Source of the DNA: Gammaproteobacteria bacterium | GTDB taxonomy: Bacteria; Pseudomonadota; Gammaproteobacteria; Enterobacterales; Kangiellaceae | Direction: 5' to 3' | Assembly: GCA_029880585.1 (NCBI GenBank) | Contig: JAOUOC010000001.1 | Coordinates: forward strand, 1-52,841 | DNA length: 52,841 nt | Shown: piece by piece, positions 9,784 through 20,526 of the stretch | How positions within the stretch are numbered: position 1 is the stretch's first letter | Layout of the letters: each line of letters opens with the position of its first letter | The notes under the pieces: model-generated | The model's database searches: none | What the model was told of the DNA's origin: nothing | Seen by the model: only the letters and a program-made list of their open reading frames with translations | Position numbers and translations under genes: made by a program

Positions 9784-12700
9784 CTAATCCTGATAAATCA
9801 TTTTGACTGACTGACATCCTTCAACTGAAGCCAGATCAAGTAATAGCTCATCTGTTGGTTTAACTGACCAATTGCCTCCTGCCATGAGATCTGCCTTAAC
9901 ATCACCCAACTGACACTTTATTTTTACCGGACACAAGCCTCCTTTATAATGATTTAAAATACTCACGATATTTTCTGCCAGTACCGGGTTTTGAGACAAG
10001 TCCACCATAATTTCCAGATGACGAGATTGTTTTTCTCTAATTTCCGTCAACTGCCAGCCATCATCAGCGGTCATTTTCAAACCACCAGAAAAATCATCAT
10101 TAGCAACTTCTCCCTTAAAAACCATCACAGTATCTTTTTTCAAAATATCTTTAATGGAATCAAATAACCGGTTAAAGACCATAACATCCAGTCGTCCACT
10201 TCGATCATCAATTGACACAATAGCCCAACTGGCACCTTGCCTGGTCTTCATCATTCGAATACCAATTACCAGGCCAGCAACAGTTACTGAATTGCCTTTA
10301 TTACCTGGTCTTAGCTGTGATAATCGAGATTGACAGAACTGTTTAATTTCATCAAGATATTCATCAACAGGATGTCCGGTTAAATAAAGTCCCAAAGTCT
10401 CTTTTTCACCCTGTAACATTATCTTCTGTGACCACTCAGGCATCTGCATTAACTCTTCACGAGGCACTTCACTTTCGCTGGAACTTCCAAACAAGTCGTT
10501 CTGTCCCAACTGTTGGTCTCGATTAAATTGCTCAGCACTTTTTATTGCTTGCTCAAGTGATTGCATCAATGTTGCTCTGTTAGTTCCTAAACTATCCAGC
10601 GCTCCGGCTTTGATTAATGCTTCCAGACTACGACGATTGACCTTTCTTAAATCAACACGACGACAAAAATCAAAAAGGTCTTTGAATAACCCTTTTTGCA
10701 ATCGCTCATCAACAATTGATTGAATAGCTGACTCACCAACGCCTTTAATCGCGCCAATCCCGTAAACAATTGTTTTTTCATTGAGAACAGAAAACTTATA
10801 ACTCCCTGCATTGACATCAGGCGGTACAATCTCTATTCCCATCTCCTTAACATCGTCAACATAACTCACAACCTTATCAGTATTGTCCATATCAGCGGAC
10901 ATAACCGCAGCCATGAATGCAGCAGGATAGTGAGTTTTAAGCCATGCCGTCTGAAATGATACTAATGCATAAGCTGCCGAGTGCGATTTATTAAATCCAT
11001 ACCCGGCAAATTTTTCCATCAAATCAAAAATATTACCTGCCAAATCTGAATCAATATTCCTTTCGAGTGCACCTTGAATAAATATTTTTCGTTGCTCTTC
11101 CATCACCTCAGGTTTTTTCTTACCCATTGCACGACGTAACAGGTCGGCGCCACCCAGGGTGAAATTTGCCAATACCTGAGCAATTTGCATTACCTGCTCC
11201 TGATACAGGATGATCCCATAGGTTGGTGCAAGAACCGGTTCCAGATCGGCATGCTGATAATCTGGATGCGGATAGGCCACTTCCTGCCTGCCGTGCTTAC
11301 GATTAATAAAATCATCAACCATACCAGAACCAAGTGGTCCAGGTCTAAATAATGCAACAAGAGCGATAATATCTTCAAAACTGCTAGGCAAGAGTTTCTT
11401 TATCAGCTCCTTCATTCCACGAGATTCCAGCTGAAATACAGCTGAAGTGTTACCTGATTTTAATAATTCAAAGGTCCTGGTATCATTCAGATCGATTTTT
11501 TCAATATCCAGTTTTTCCTGATCATCCTGAAGTAATTGTTTATTTACAATATCAACTGCCCAATCTATGATGGTAAGTGTTCGCAAACCCAAAAAGTCAA
11601 ACTTTACCAATCCAGCCGATTCAACATCATCTTTATCAAATTGAGTGACCAGGCCGCCACCAGTTTCATCACAATATAGCGCTGAAAAATCTGTTAAATC
11701 AGTTGGGGATATCACAACACCGCCGGCATGTTTGCCTGCATTTCTGGTGATACCTTCCAATTTAATCGCCATATCCCACATCGCCTGAAACTCTTCTTCC
11801 TGTTCATAACGACTTCGTATCTCTTCTTCCTGCTCCCAGGCTTTGCTCAGTGTAATACCCAGATCGAATGGTATCATTTTGGATATTTTGTCAACGTAAC
11901 CATACGGCTGGCTAAGTACACGGCCGACATCTCTGATTACCGCTTTGGCAGCCATTCGCCCAAAAGTGATTATCTGTGAAACACAATTTCTGCCGTATTT
12001 TTCAGCGACATAATCAATAACGCGGTCACGACCATCCATACAAAAATCAATATCAAAATCCGGCATTGAAACCCTTTCAGGATTCAGGAATCTTTCAAAC
12101 AGCAGATCATATTCAAGTGGATCCAGATCAGTAATTTTTAAGGCATACGCAACCAAAGAACCAGCACCAGAACCACGCCCGGGACCAACCGGAATTTTAT
12201 TTTGCTTGGCCCATCCGATAAAATCCGCAACAATCAAAAAGTAACCGGGAAACCCCATCTGATTAATAACGTCTAATTCAATTTTTAATCTTTCATCATA
12301 GGGTTTTCTTTTTTCGCCAAAATCAGCAGCATTAGCGTCAAACAACTTAACCAGTCTCTCTTCTAATCCCTGCTCACTCAATTGGCAGAAATAATCTTCA
12401 ATTGTCATTCCTTCCGGTACAGGATAATTTGGCAAATAATAATCACCCAAATTCAGAAGCAAATTGCATCGTTTGGCAATTTCAATTGTGTTTTCTATAG
12501 CCTCGGGAATATCAGAAAATAATTCAACCATTTCCTCAGCGCTGCGAAGATATTGCTGATTACTGTAATTTTTAGGTCTGTTACCATCATCAATCACACG
12601 CCCCTGATTGATACACACTCTAATTTCATGCGCTTCAAAATCTTCTTGTTGCAGAAAACAAACAGCGTTGGTTGCCACGACCGGAATGCTGGCGCCTTGT

Positions 12701-13275
12701 GCAAAAGTTGCTACTGTTTGAATATAAACCCCTTCATCGGGACGACCTGTTCTTTGTAATTCAATATAGTAATTATTCGCAAAATAAGTATTCCAGAATG
12801 CCAACTGTTCTGCTGCTAGCTCATGGTTTGATGATAGTAAAGACTTACCCACATCCCCTTCTCGTCCACCAGACAGCACAATCAATCCATCACAATGCTC
12901 TGCCAGCCATTGTTTTTTAACAAGTGACAGACCATGATGTTGATTGATTTGGTAGGCTTTTGAAATCAGTTTCTTGGCGTTTAGATAACCTTCGTTATTC
13001 TTGCACAACAAGGTTATTTTAAAAGGTTCTGATCCTTCTTCCTCGACCAGAATTTCTACACCGACTATCGGTTTAATGCCGTTAGCAATTGCCTTGCGAT
13101 AAAATTTAATTAATCCAAAGAAATTTACGTGATCTGTTAAGGCAACTGCAGGCATCTGGTAATTAGCTACCTGCTCAATTAAGGGATTTATACGACAGAT
13201 ACCATCAACCATGGAGTATTCAGAATGAACACTCAAATGAATAAATTGTGCAGTTTTGTCAGGTACATCACTCAT
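9784..13275 (-). CDS. dnaE: DNA polymerase III alpha subunit
   Basis: PHP domain HLSVHSEYS, GPGRGSGAGS, PERVSMPDFDIDF, YGFNKSHSAAY; normal length, no intein. Confidence 0.99.
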   Translation of the reverse strand: MSDVPDKTAQFIHLSVHSEYSMVDGICRINPLIEQVANYQMPAVALTDHVNFFGLIKFYRKAIANGIKPIVGVEILVEEEGSEPFKITLLCKNNEGYLNAKKLISKAYQINQHHGLSLVKKQWLAEHCDGLIVLSGGREGDVGKSLLSSNHELAAEQLAFWNTYFANNYYIELQRTGRPDEGVYIQTVATFAQGASIPVVATNAVCFLQQEDFEAHEIRVCINQGRVIDDGNRPKNYSNQQYLRSAEEMVELFSDIPEAIENTIEIAKRCNLLLNLGDYYLPNYPVPEGMTIEDYFCQLSEQGLEERLVKLFDANAADFGEKRKPYDERLKIELDVINQMGFPGYFLIVADFIGWAKQNKIPVGPGRGSGAGSLVAYALKITDLDPLEYDLLFERFLNPERVSMPDFDIDFCMDGRDRVIDYVAEKYGRNCVSQIITFGRMAAKAVIRDVGRVLSQPYGYVDKISKMIPFDLGITLSKAWEQEEEIRSRYEQEEEFQAMWDMAIKLEGITRNAGKHAGGVVISPTDLTDFSALYCDETGGGLVTQFDKDDVESAGLVKFDFLGLRTLTIIDWAVDIVNKQLLQDDQEKLDIEKIDLNDTRTFELLKSGNTSAVFQLESRGMKELIKKLLPSSFEDIIALVALFRPGPLGSGMVDDFINRKHGRQEVAYPHPDYQHADLEPVLAPTYGIILYQEQVMQIAQVLANFTLGGADLLRRAMGKKKPEVMEEQRKIFIQGALERNIDSDLAGNIFDLMEKFAGYGFNKSHSAAYALVSFQTAWLKTHYPAAFMAAVMSADMDNTDKVVSYVDDVKEMGIEIVPPDVNAGSYKFSVLNEKTIVYGIGAIKGVGESAIQSIVDERLQKGLFKDLFDFCRRVDLRKVNRRSLEALIKAGALDSLGTNRATLMQSLEQAIKSAEQFNRDQQLGQNDLFGSSSESEVPREELMQMPEWSQKIMLQGEKETLGLYLTGHPVDEYLDEIKQFCQSRLSQLRPGNKGNSVTVAGLVIGIRMMKTRQGASWAIVSIDDRSGRLDVMVFNRLFDSIKDILKKDTVMVFKGEVANDDFSGGLKMTADDGWQLTEIREKQSRHLEIMVDLSQNPVLAENIVSILNHYKGGLCPVKIKCQLGDVKADLMAGGNWSVKPTDELLLDLASVEGCQSVKMIYQD

Positions 13276-13315
13276 GTTATTTTTTTATCACGCCTTGATT
13301 TATTCTGCTAACTTA

Positions 13316-13906
13316 TCACAGTTCCAGTTGTCTTTGAACCGGAGAAAATGAACGCCGATGAATTGGTGTGATCCCATGCAGTTCTATTGCTTCTCTGTGC
13401 GCTTTGGTTGGATATCCCTTGTGCTTTGCAAAACCATATTCAGGAAATTGCATGTCCATTTCGACCATTTCATTATCTCTGGCTACCTTGGCAATAATTG
13501 AAGCAGCACTAATGGCCGGCTCAGTCAAATCACCCTTGACGATTGTTGTGACTGGAATATTGACCTTTGGCGCTTTATTGCCATCTACAAGACACAAATC
13601 AGGTAATTTATCTAAAGAATTAATCGCTCGTTGCATAGCCAATAAGCTGGCCTGTAGTATGTTTATCTGGTCTATTTCTTCAACTTCAGCTCTGGCAATA
13701 CTCCAGGCGAGAGCTTTAGTCTTGATTTCAAGTGCCAATGATTCTCTTTTTTTTTCAGACAATTTTTTTGAATCGGTCAGTCCGGAAATAGGCTGTTCCG
13801 GATCCAGAATCACTGCTGCTGCTATCACAGGGCCTGCTAAAGGCCCACGCCCCACTTCATCAACGCCAGCAACCATTTGTTTTGGTGATTGCTGATTAAA
13901 TGGCAT
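13316..13906 (-). CDS. rnhB: Ribonuclease HII (probable start ATG 13906)
   Basis: [36 protein letters not shown]; start overlaps the lpxB end. Confidence 0.96.
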   Translation of the reverse strand: MPFNQQSPKQMVAGVDEVGRGPLAGPVIAAAVILDPEQPISGLTDSKKLSEKKRESLALEIKTKALAWSIARAEVEEIDQINILQASLLAMQRAINSLDKLPDLCLVDGNKAPKVNIPVTTIVKGDLTEPAISAASIIAKVARDNEMVEMDMQFPEYGFAKHKGYPTKAHREAIELHGITPIHRRSFSPVQRQLEL

Positions 13907-15053
13907 TATCGTACTTTCCATTAAGTAAATCGACAATCGAATTGGCTGCTTTTTCGCTACCACCAATCTGCAAAGATTGATGTATTGTTTTGAATTGTTC
14001 GACTAATGGCTTATTCTCGCCCGCCTGAATCAATTTATCCATTTCGTTGTAAAGATTATCTACAGTGCAATCTTCCTGAATTAATTCCTTAACAATTGAT
14101 TTACCAGCTAACAAATTCGGCAAAGAAAACAATTTTATTTTAATCAGTTTTCTAAATACCCAAAGCGTGAATGCAGACATTTTGTATGCAACTACCATCG
14201 GCTTTTTCATTAACATGGCTTCCAGCGTTGCAGTTCCTGAAGCTAGTAAAATATAGTCAGATGCCTGCATCACCATTCTTGATTGACCATCTATCAATTG
14301 GACATTAATTATATTCGGGTAATTTGATAAAGATTGCTCAATTTGTTTTTTTCTTTTGTCGTTGGCACAAGGAATAACAAAGTAAATATCTGAATTTTGA
14401 TCACTGATTTTTTCTATGGTTTGAATAAAATCATCAATCAAATAATGGACCTCTGTACTTCTACTACCAGGCAGTACAGCAATCATTTTTTTGTCCAGCG
14501 GTAAATTTAACGCTTTTCTGGCAGCCTGAATATCTGGTTCGATAGGAATTTCATTAGCCAGAGGATGCCCTATACAAACCGCCGGAACCTTATGCTGCTT
14601 GTATATTTTCAATTCAAACGGAAAAAGGCAAAGCATCAAGGAAACACTTTGAGCAATTTTATGTATTCTTTTTTCTCGCCACGCCCATACTGAAGGGCTG
14701 ACATAATGAACGGTTTTTATTCCCGCTTTTTTTAATTGGAATTCAAGATGAGTATTAAATTCAGGTGCATCAATGCCAATAAAACAATCCGGCTTTTCAG
14801 AAAGAATGGTTTTAGCCAATCTTCTACGCATCGATAACAATTCTGGCATTCTTTTAAGGATTGGGACAATCCCCATAACCGATAACCTATCCATTGGATA
14901 ATAACTGCTCAGCCCTTCAGACTGCATCAAGCTACCACCAATCCCTTTAAAAATTGCATCAGGATAATGGTGTTTTAAAGCCGCCATTAACCGTGCACCC
15001 AGAATATCTCCGGATGCCTCTCCTGCAACTATATAGAAAGTAGGTTTGTTCAC
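13896..15053 (-). CDS. lpxB: Lipid-A-disaccharide synthase
   Basis: [41 protein letters not shown]. Confidence 0.97.
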   Translation of the reverse strand: MNKPTFYIVAGEASGDILGARLMAALKHHYPDAIFKGIGGSLMQSEGLSSYYPMDRLSVMGIVPILKRMPELLSMRRRLAKTILSEKPDCFIGIDAPEFNTHLEFQLKKAGIKTVHYVSPSVWAWREKRIHKIAQSVSLMLCLFPFELKIYKQHKVPAVCIGHPLANEIPIEPDIQAARKALNLPLDKKMIAVLPGSRSTEVHYLIDDFIQTIEKISDQNSDIYFVIPCANDKRKKQIEQSLSNYPNIINVQLIDGQSRMVMQASDYILLASGTATLEAMLMKKPMVVAYKMSAFTLWVFRKLIKIKLFSLPNLLAGKSIVKELIQEDCTVDNLYNEMDKLIQAGENKPLVEQFKTIHQSLQIGGSEKAANSIVDLLNGKYDNAI

Positions 15054-15101
15054 TATTTTATCTTTTAGATTTTTAAGTTGTCACTGGTTTTGCAGAGTCG
15101 A

Positions 15102-15866
15102 TTAACGAGCCAAGCCACGCTCACTTTTGGCAATAAAATCCAGCATTAATTGTACGTTTGGATTTACAGGCTTTTGATCGCTCAGCTTGCTAACGGCATC
15201 TTCTATGGTCAGGCCTTGTCGATAGATGGCTTTATAAGCATTTCTGATGGATCGAATATCTTCAGATGTAAAACCTCTCCGTTTAAGTCCCTCGGTATTA
15301 ATAGCTCGCGGCGCTTCCTCAACATACATTACAAAAGGAAGAATATCCTGCCTTACTATGCTTCTCAATCCAATAAATGAATGAGCGCCAATATGTACAA
15401 ATTGATGAACACCGGTAATCCCACCAACAATTGCCCAGTCATCAACTTTGACATGTCCTGCAAGGCTGCCACCATTTGCCATAATAATATTGTCTTTTAG
15501 CAAACAATCGTGGGCAACATGGCTATATGCCATCAATAAATTATTATTTCCGATGGTAGTCACTCCAACGTCCTGAACTGTACCTCTGTGAATAGTAGCG
15601 TACTCACGAATCACGTTATTATCACCAATCACTGTTCGCGTAGGCTCTCCACCATATTTTTTGTCCTGATTGGCCTCACCGATGGTAGTGAATTGAAAAA
15701 TTCTATTCCCTTTACCAATTTCAGTATGTCCATTGATGACAGCATGCGGTCCAACAACGGTCCCTGAATCAATACTGACATGCTCGCCAATTATCGAGTA
15801 TGGACCAATTTCAACGTCATCCGCTACCTGAGCTGAGGGATGTATTATTGCAGTAGAATGAATCAC
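15102..15866 (-). CDS. lpxA: UDP-N-acetylglucosamine acyltransferase
   Basis: Hexapeptide repeats, QDKKY, TIHRGT, HVAHDC, HQFV, EGLKRRGF. Confidence 0.97.
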   Translation of the reverse strand: MIHSTAIIHPSAQVADDVEIGPYSIIGEHVSIDSGTVVGPHAVINGHTEIGKGNRIFQFTTIGEANQDKKYGGEPTRTVIGDNNVIREYATIHRGTVQDVGVTTIGNNNLLMAYSHVAHDCLLKDNIIMANGGSLAGHVKVDDWAIVGGITGVHQFVHIGAHSFIGLRSIVRQDILPFVMYVEEAPRAINTEGLKRRGFTSEDIRSIRNAYKAIYRQGLTIEDAVSKLSDQKPVNPNVQLMLDFIAKSERGLAR

Positions 15867-15868
15867 GA

Positions 15869-16336
15869 TTAAATATCCTGTTTAGAACACATTAGATCGG
15901 CTGTACAAACAACCTTGTCATCAACTTTTGCAGTAGCTTCAAATTTCCACATGGTGCGTTTACGCTTGATTAAATTGACATGAATTATTACCTGATCACC
16001 TGGCTCGACCGGCTTTTTGAACCGTGCCTTGTCAATCCCTACAAAATAATAAAGCGAATCGTTGTTGGGTAATTCTCCCAGCGTTTTAAAAGCCAAAATT
16101 CCAGTTGCCTGAGCCATAGCTTCAAGAATTAATACGCCTGGCATAACCGGCCTATGAGGAAAATGACCAGTAAAACAGGGCTCATTGACAGTAATATTTT
16201 TTACCGCAACCAGATAATCATTGACCCTGTAATCCAGCACTCTATCAACCAATAAAAAAGGATAACGGTGAGGAAGGTGTTTCATCACCTGATGAATATC
16301 GAGTGCTGAAATTTCACTGTTTGATTTGTCAGTCAT
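15869..16336 (-). CDS. fabZ: 3-hydroxyacyl-ACP dehydratase (probable start ATG 16336)
   Basis: LPHRYPFLLVDRV, GHFP..PVMPGVLILEAMAQ. Confidence 0.97.
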   Translation of the reverse strand: MTDKSNSEISALDIHQVMKHLPHRYPFLLVDRVLDYRVNDYLVAVKNITVNEPCFTGHFPHRPVMPGVLILEAMAQATGILAFKTLGELPNNDSLYYFVGIDKARFKKPVEPGDQVIIHVNLIKRKRTMWKFEATAKVDDKVVCTADLMCSKQDI

Positions 16337-16418
16337 AATCAATTTCACAAAATACTAAAACAAAAATAAATGAAATATTGGTCTAACAATCGGTAAAGAT
16401 CAAATTATTCTACCAATG

Positions 16419-17453
16419 CTACTTGCCTTGCAATTGCTTGAGCTGTTTTTCCAGTTGCTTGATCTGCTTTGCCATTTCATCAAGCTGCCTGAATCTTGCA
16501 ACGCTCTTTCGCCAGGACTTGTTATCCTGCATTCCGGTGCCCGATGAATATGCGCCAGACTCATTAATAGAGCGATTGATCAAACTGGTTGCTGTAACGT
16601 GCGATCCTGCTGCAATATTTAGATGTCCCAATATTGTCGCCCTTCCACCAAAAGTACAACCATCACCTACTTTAGTGCTTCCAGCAACAGCTGAATAGGC
16701 CGCCATGGCAACATTCTCACCCAATTCTACATTGTGAGCAATATGACATAGATTGTCTAACTTAACACCATGGCCAATAATTGTGTCTTCCAAAGCACCA
16801 CGGTCAATACAGGCATTGGCGCCAATTTCAACATTATCGCCAATTTTAACCCCACCGGTTTGCGGTATTTTCACCCATCGACCTTTATCATTGGCAAATC
16901 CAAATCCATCAGAACCAATTACAGCACCTGCATGAATTATACAGTATTGACCAATTGAAACATTGTGATAGACCACAACATTAGCAAACAGACGACTGCC
17001 TTTACCAACTCTGGAGTTTATTCCGACAACGACATTAGGCTCAAGAATAACATTATCTTCAATGATACAGCCTGGCTGCAAGACACAACCTGCGGCAACT
17101 GAAACGCCTTTGCCTATCTTCACATCAGAGTCAATTATAGCATCCGGGTGAATGCCAACTTCAGGAATAGGAGTTGTATCCATCAATTGCGCTACTTTTG
17201 CAAATCCCAAATAAGGATCAGATAAAATAATACAATTGGTTGGACAGTCTTTTTTAAACTCCTCAGACAGCAAAACACAACCCGCTTGGGTTGTGCCTAG
17301 TTGAGCTCTGTATTTGGGGTTATTCAGAAAAGTAACTTGATCTTGAACTGCCTTTTCCAAAGTAGAGATGCTGGTTAAACGCTTTTCTCCATCACCCACA
17401 TATTCAGCACCAAGTTCCTTTGCCAGCTCGGCGACTGAAAATGATGTCTGCAT
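16419..17453 (-). CDS. lpxD: UDP-3-O-acylglucosamine N-acyltransferase
   Basis: DPYLGFA, IGSDGFGFA, KIPQTGGV, IDRGALEDT, HIAHNV. Confidence 0.97.
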   Translation of the reverse strand: MQTSFSVAELAKELGAEYVGDGEKRLTSISTLEKAVQDQVTFLNNPKYRAQLGTTQAGCVLLSEEFKKDCPTNCIILSDPYLGFAKVAQLMDTTPIPEVGIHPDAIIDSDVKIGKGVSVAAGCVLQPGCIIEDNVILEPNVVVGINSRVGKGSRLFANVVVYHNVSIGQYCIIHAGAVIGSDGFGFANDKGRWVKIPQTGGVKIGDNVEIGANACIDRGALEDTIIGHGVKLDNLCHIAHNVELGENVAMAAYSAVAGSTKVGDGCTFGGRATILGHLNIAAGSHVTATSLINRSINESGAYSSGTGMQDNKSWRKSVARFRQLDEMAKQIKQLEKQLKQLQGK

Positions 17454-17463
17454 AAAATTAACC

Positions 17464-17964
17464 TTATGGGTTTTTCATTACTTCAATAACTTTATCAGTA
17501 ATATCCATTGAAGGCTCAGCAAATAGTATTGACTCAATTTTTACGACCAACGTCAAATTCTCTTGCTGTACAACTTTGCTAATAGCTTGCTGTACTTTAG
17601 CGCTCAAGTTTCTTTGCTCTACAGCTTGTGCAATATTAGCATCTTCCTGTAAATACTTTTGCTTAAGTTTGACTTCAATTTCCAGCTCTTCAATCTCACG
17701 ACCTATTTTTTGACGCTCTTCCCCATTCATAGTCATGGCATCACGTTGAACTTTTTCCTGAAGCTCCTGACCTTTTTTCATCAGTTTCTTTAGTTCATCT
17801 TCTCTCGCTTTAAATTGTTTACCAATTTTCTCCTGAATTGCCTGATATTGCGGAATTGACGCCATCACCTTCTGGAGATTCACATATCCAACCTTCATTT
17901 CCGCTGCTGATAAACCGCTAACAGAAAAAATCAGTGTCATTACTAATAATATTCTCTTGTACAT
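17464..17964 (-). CDS. skp: Periplasmic chaperone Skp/OmpH (probable start ATG 17964)
   Basis: Signal peptide, KVGYVNL, coiled-coil body, DITDKVI end; between bamA and lpxD. Confidence 0.9.
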   Translation of the reverse strand: MYKRILLVMTLIFSVSGLSAAEMKVGYVNLQKVMASIPQYQAIQEKIGKQFKAREDELKKLMKKGQELQEKVQRDAMTMNGEERQKIGREIEELEIEVKLKQKYLQEDANIAQAVEQRNLSAKVQQAISKVVQQENLTLVVKIESILFAEPSMDITDKVIEVMKNP

Positions 17965-17999
17965 TGTTTCTACCCTTCTTGTATATTTACACAAATTTA

Positions 18000-20504
18000 T
18001 TAAAAAGTTCTTCCCACATTAAAGGAGAAAGATTCCGTTTCATCCAAATCGTCTTTACGTATTGGACGAGAGAAGCTGATTATCAACGGCCCCATTGGTG
18101 ACAACCATTGTAACGAAAATCCAGCTGATACGCGATAGTTGTCTTTCAACGAATAGTCTGGAATTTTATCAAATTCTGATTGTGATAAATCAGAATACAT
18201 ATTTCTATCGAACTTAGTATCCCATAAATTACCAACATCAACAAACGCACTTGTTCTGACAGAATTACTATTTTCAGTAAATGGCAATGGGAAAATCAAC
18301 TCAAGTGAAGCAAGCACTCTGGCGTTACCACCCGATGAACGTGGAAGAACATACACAGTATCATATTCCGGTGGTAACGGAATACTTAAATTGGTACCCA
18401 TTGGATCAATGCCGCCTGGACCTTGGCCGAAGGAAGGAACTCGTTGAATCAACCTTGGACCAATGGTATTGCCCTCAAAACCACGCATAGTTCCTGAACC
18501 ACCAGCACTGAAGTTTTCAAAGTAGGGTAATTTATCATCATCGCCATACCCGTCACCATAGGAGAGCTTCAATTTGCTTAAAAATGTCCAACCAGATCCA
18601 ATCGGGATATAATGGTCAATATTGTATTCCGCTTTATAAAATTCCAAATCACTACCTGGAACTGTAGTTGAAATTGAAAACGTTTGACTTGTCCCTCTGT
18701 CCGGGAAAATCCCTCTATTTAGAGTGTTGCGCATAATACTGCCACTAAGTCTGAATAGCTCATATTCAAATTCATTGGTAGTTCTAATGTCCAGATTTTG
18801 AGAATCAAAAAAGTTAATAATCTGTTGTGAATCGCCTCGGCCTGAACCCAATAGATTATCAGAATATCCAACCCCAAAATTCAGTCTGGTAACTTCATTA
18901 ATCGGATAACCAAAATTAACATCCATACCAACTGAGTCAAGAGTAATAGTTGAGAGATTAATTCTTCCATAATCTGATTTACGATAGTATATGGTTGTAC
19001 CAGCGCTAACACCATCGATTGTAAAATAAGGGTCAAAATAATTCGCATTGATATTGTCTGAAAAACGATTCTGATTGGCTGCCAATTCAATCGTTCTACC
19101 TGATCCCAGGAAATTGCTGTGACTTATATTTGCGTTGAGACTGGCGCCAAAAGTATCATTGTAACCTACACCGCCAGATAAAGTGCCTGCTGGTCGCTCC
19201 TTAACAGTGTAATTAACATCAACCCTGTCTTCCTTGCCTTCTACTTTCGGCGTTTCAGCTTCCACTTCTTCAAGAAAATTCAATCTTTGTAATCTGACTT
19301 TTGAGCGGTCAACGCCCAATGATGACAGAGCGCCGCCTTCCATCATTCGTACTTCACGGCGCAACACTTCATCATTAGTCATTTCATTACCAGCAAATTG
19401 AACCCTGTTAACGTAAACTTTTTTGCCTGGCTCTAAATATAATGTTAAATCTACCTTCTGACTAGCCTCATCAAGTTTGGGAACAGTCACTACATTAGCA
19501 AACGCATATCCGTAAAGCCCCAAAGTCTCTTTAATTCTTTCCTCTGCAAAAGTAATGGCTGCTGCAGAATAAATGTCACCCTTGGTAAGTGGCATAATTG
19601 CCTTGAGTTGATCTTTGTTTAAAATCAGTTCACCGGCAAAAACAATATCATTCACTTTAAATTTTTCACCTTCATCAATATTGATAGTGATATACATGCC
19701 TTTTAGATCAGGTGAAATTGAAACTTGGGTTGATACGTTCTCATATGTTAAATAACCACGATCAAGATAATATGAACGAAGCGTTTCTAAATCACCTGAA
19801 AGTTTTTCTCTTGAATATTGGTCATCACTGCTAAAAACAGCTAACCAGCCGCCTACCCTCAATTCAAATTGCTCAAGTAGTTCTTCTTCTTCAAACAAGG
19901 TATTACCAACAATACTGATACGCTGAATTCTGGCTGGTTCGCCCTCATTGATATTAAATTTAACCTTGACCCGATTGCGCGACTGTTTAAGCAGCTTATC
20001 TTCAATTCTGACGGAATATTTTCCGTGAGAAAAATACTGTTCTTCGATACCCAGTTTAATATTCTTGATCGCTGAAGGGTCAAAGATTTCACCTTTGGCA
20101 AAACCTGATTTTCTCATAGCGTCCAAAATTTGTTCTGTTTCAATGTCGGAATTTCCGTCAATATCAATGTCTGAAATAGTCGGCCTTTCAGCGAGATCAA
20201 TCATCAATTTATCGCCATCGCGGAACAATCGAACATCATCAAAATTATTTGATGCTGCTACCGTGCGAATAATGGTAGGAATTCTGGCAGGCTCAAGTCT
20301 CTCTCCCACTTTTAAGGGCAACAGATTGAAGAAATCCCCCAACTCCATTCTTTGCAGGCCATATACCTCAATTTCCTTCACCACGAAAGCATCAGGTTGT
20401 TGCTCTGCGGCTCGTAAGCCTGATGAAAAAACCACCACAAACAGAGTAGAAACCAATGTGAGAAATCGAATCAAATTTTTATTGATGTAAAGATTGTACT
20501 TCAT
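18000..20504 (-). CDS. bamA: Outer membrane protein assembly factor BamA
   Basis: POTRA repeats, MRGF loop-6 motif, WLSPMGPL, C-terminal FSFNVGRTF. Confidence 0.97.
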   Translation of the reverse strand: MKYNLYINKNLIRFLTLVSTLFVVVFSSGLRAAEQQPDAFVVKEIEVYGLQRMELGDFFNLLPLKVGERLEPARIPTIIRTVAASNNFDDVRLFRDGDKLMIDLAERPTISDIDIDGNSDIETEQILDAMRKSGFAKGEIFDPSAIKNIKLGIEEQYFSHGKYSVRIEDKLLKQSRNRVKVKFNINEGEPARIQRISIVGNTLFEEEELLEQFELRVGGWLAVFSSDDQYSREKLSGDLETLRSYYLDRGYLTYENVSTQVSISPDLKGMYITINIDEGEKFKVNDIVFAGELILNKDQLKAIMPLTKGDIYSAAAITFAEERIKETLGLYGYAFANVVTVPKLDEASQKVDLTLYLEPGKKVYVNRVQFAGNEMTNDEVLRREVRMMEGGALSSLGVDRSKVRLQRLNFLEEVEAETPKVEGKEDRVDVNYTVKERPAGTLSGGVGYNDTFGASLNANISHSNFLGSGRTIELAANQNRFSDNINANYFDPYFTIDGVSAGTTIYYRKSDYGRINLSTITLDSVGMDVNFGYPINEVTRLNFGVGYSDNLLGSGRGDSQQIINFFDSQNLDIRTTNEFEYELFRLSGSIMRNTLNRGIFPDRGTSQTFSISTTVPGSDLEFYKAEYNIDHYIPIGSGWTFLSKLKLSYGDGYGDDDKLPYFENFSAGGSGTMRGFEGNTIGPRLIQRVPSFGQGPGGIDPMGTNLSIPLPPEYDTVYVLPRSSGGNARVLASLELIFPLPFTENSNSVRTSAFVDVGNLWDTKFDRNMYSDLSQSEFDKIPDYSLKDNYRVSAGFSLQWLSPMGPLIISFSRPIRKDDLDETESFSFNVGRTF

Positions 20505-20526
20505 AATTCCCTAAATCACTTCTTCG

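Noticed and set aside
9784-13275. Possible intein or split in dnaE
   Set aside because: Length and motif spacing are normal; no insertion seen.
13368-13895. 175-aa antisense ORF over rnhB, and similar ones over clpX, bamA, tsf, rpsB and lepB/lepA
   Set aside because: Antisense shadows of conserved genes with no recognisable motifs or SD.
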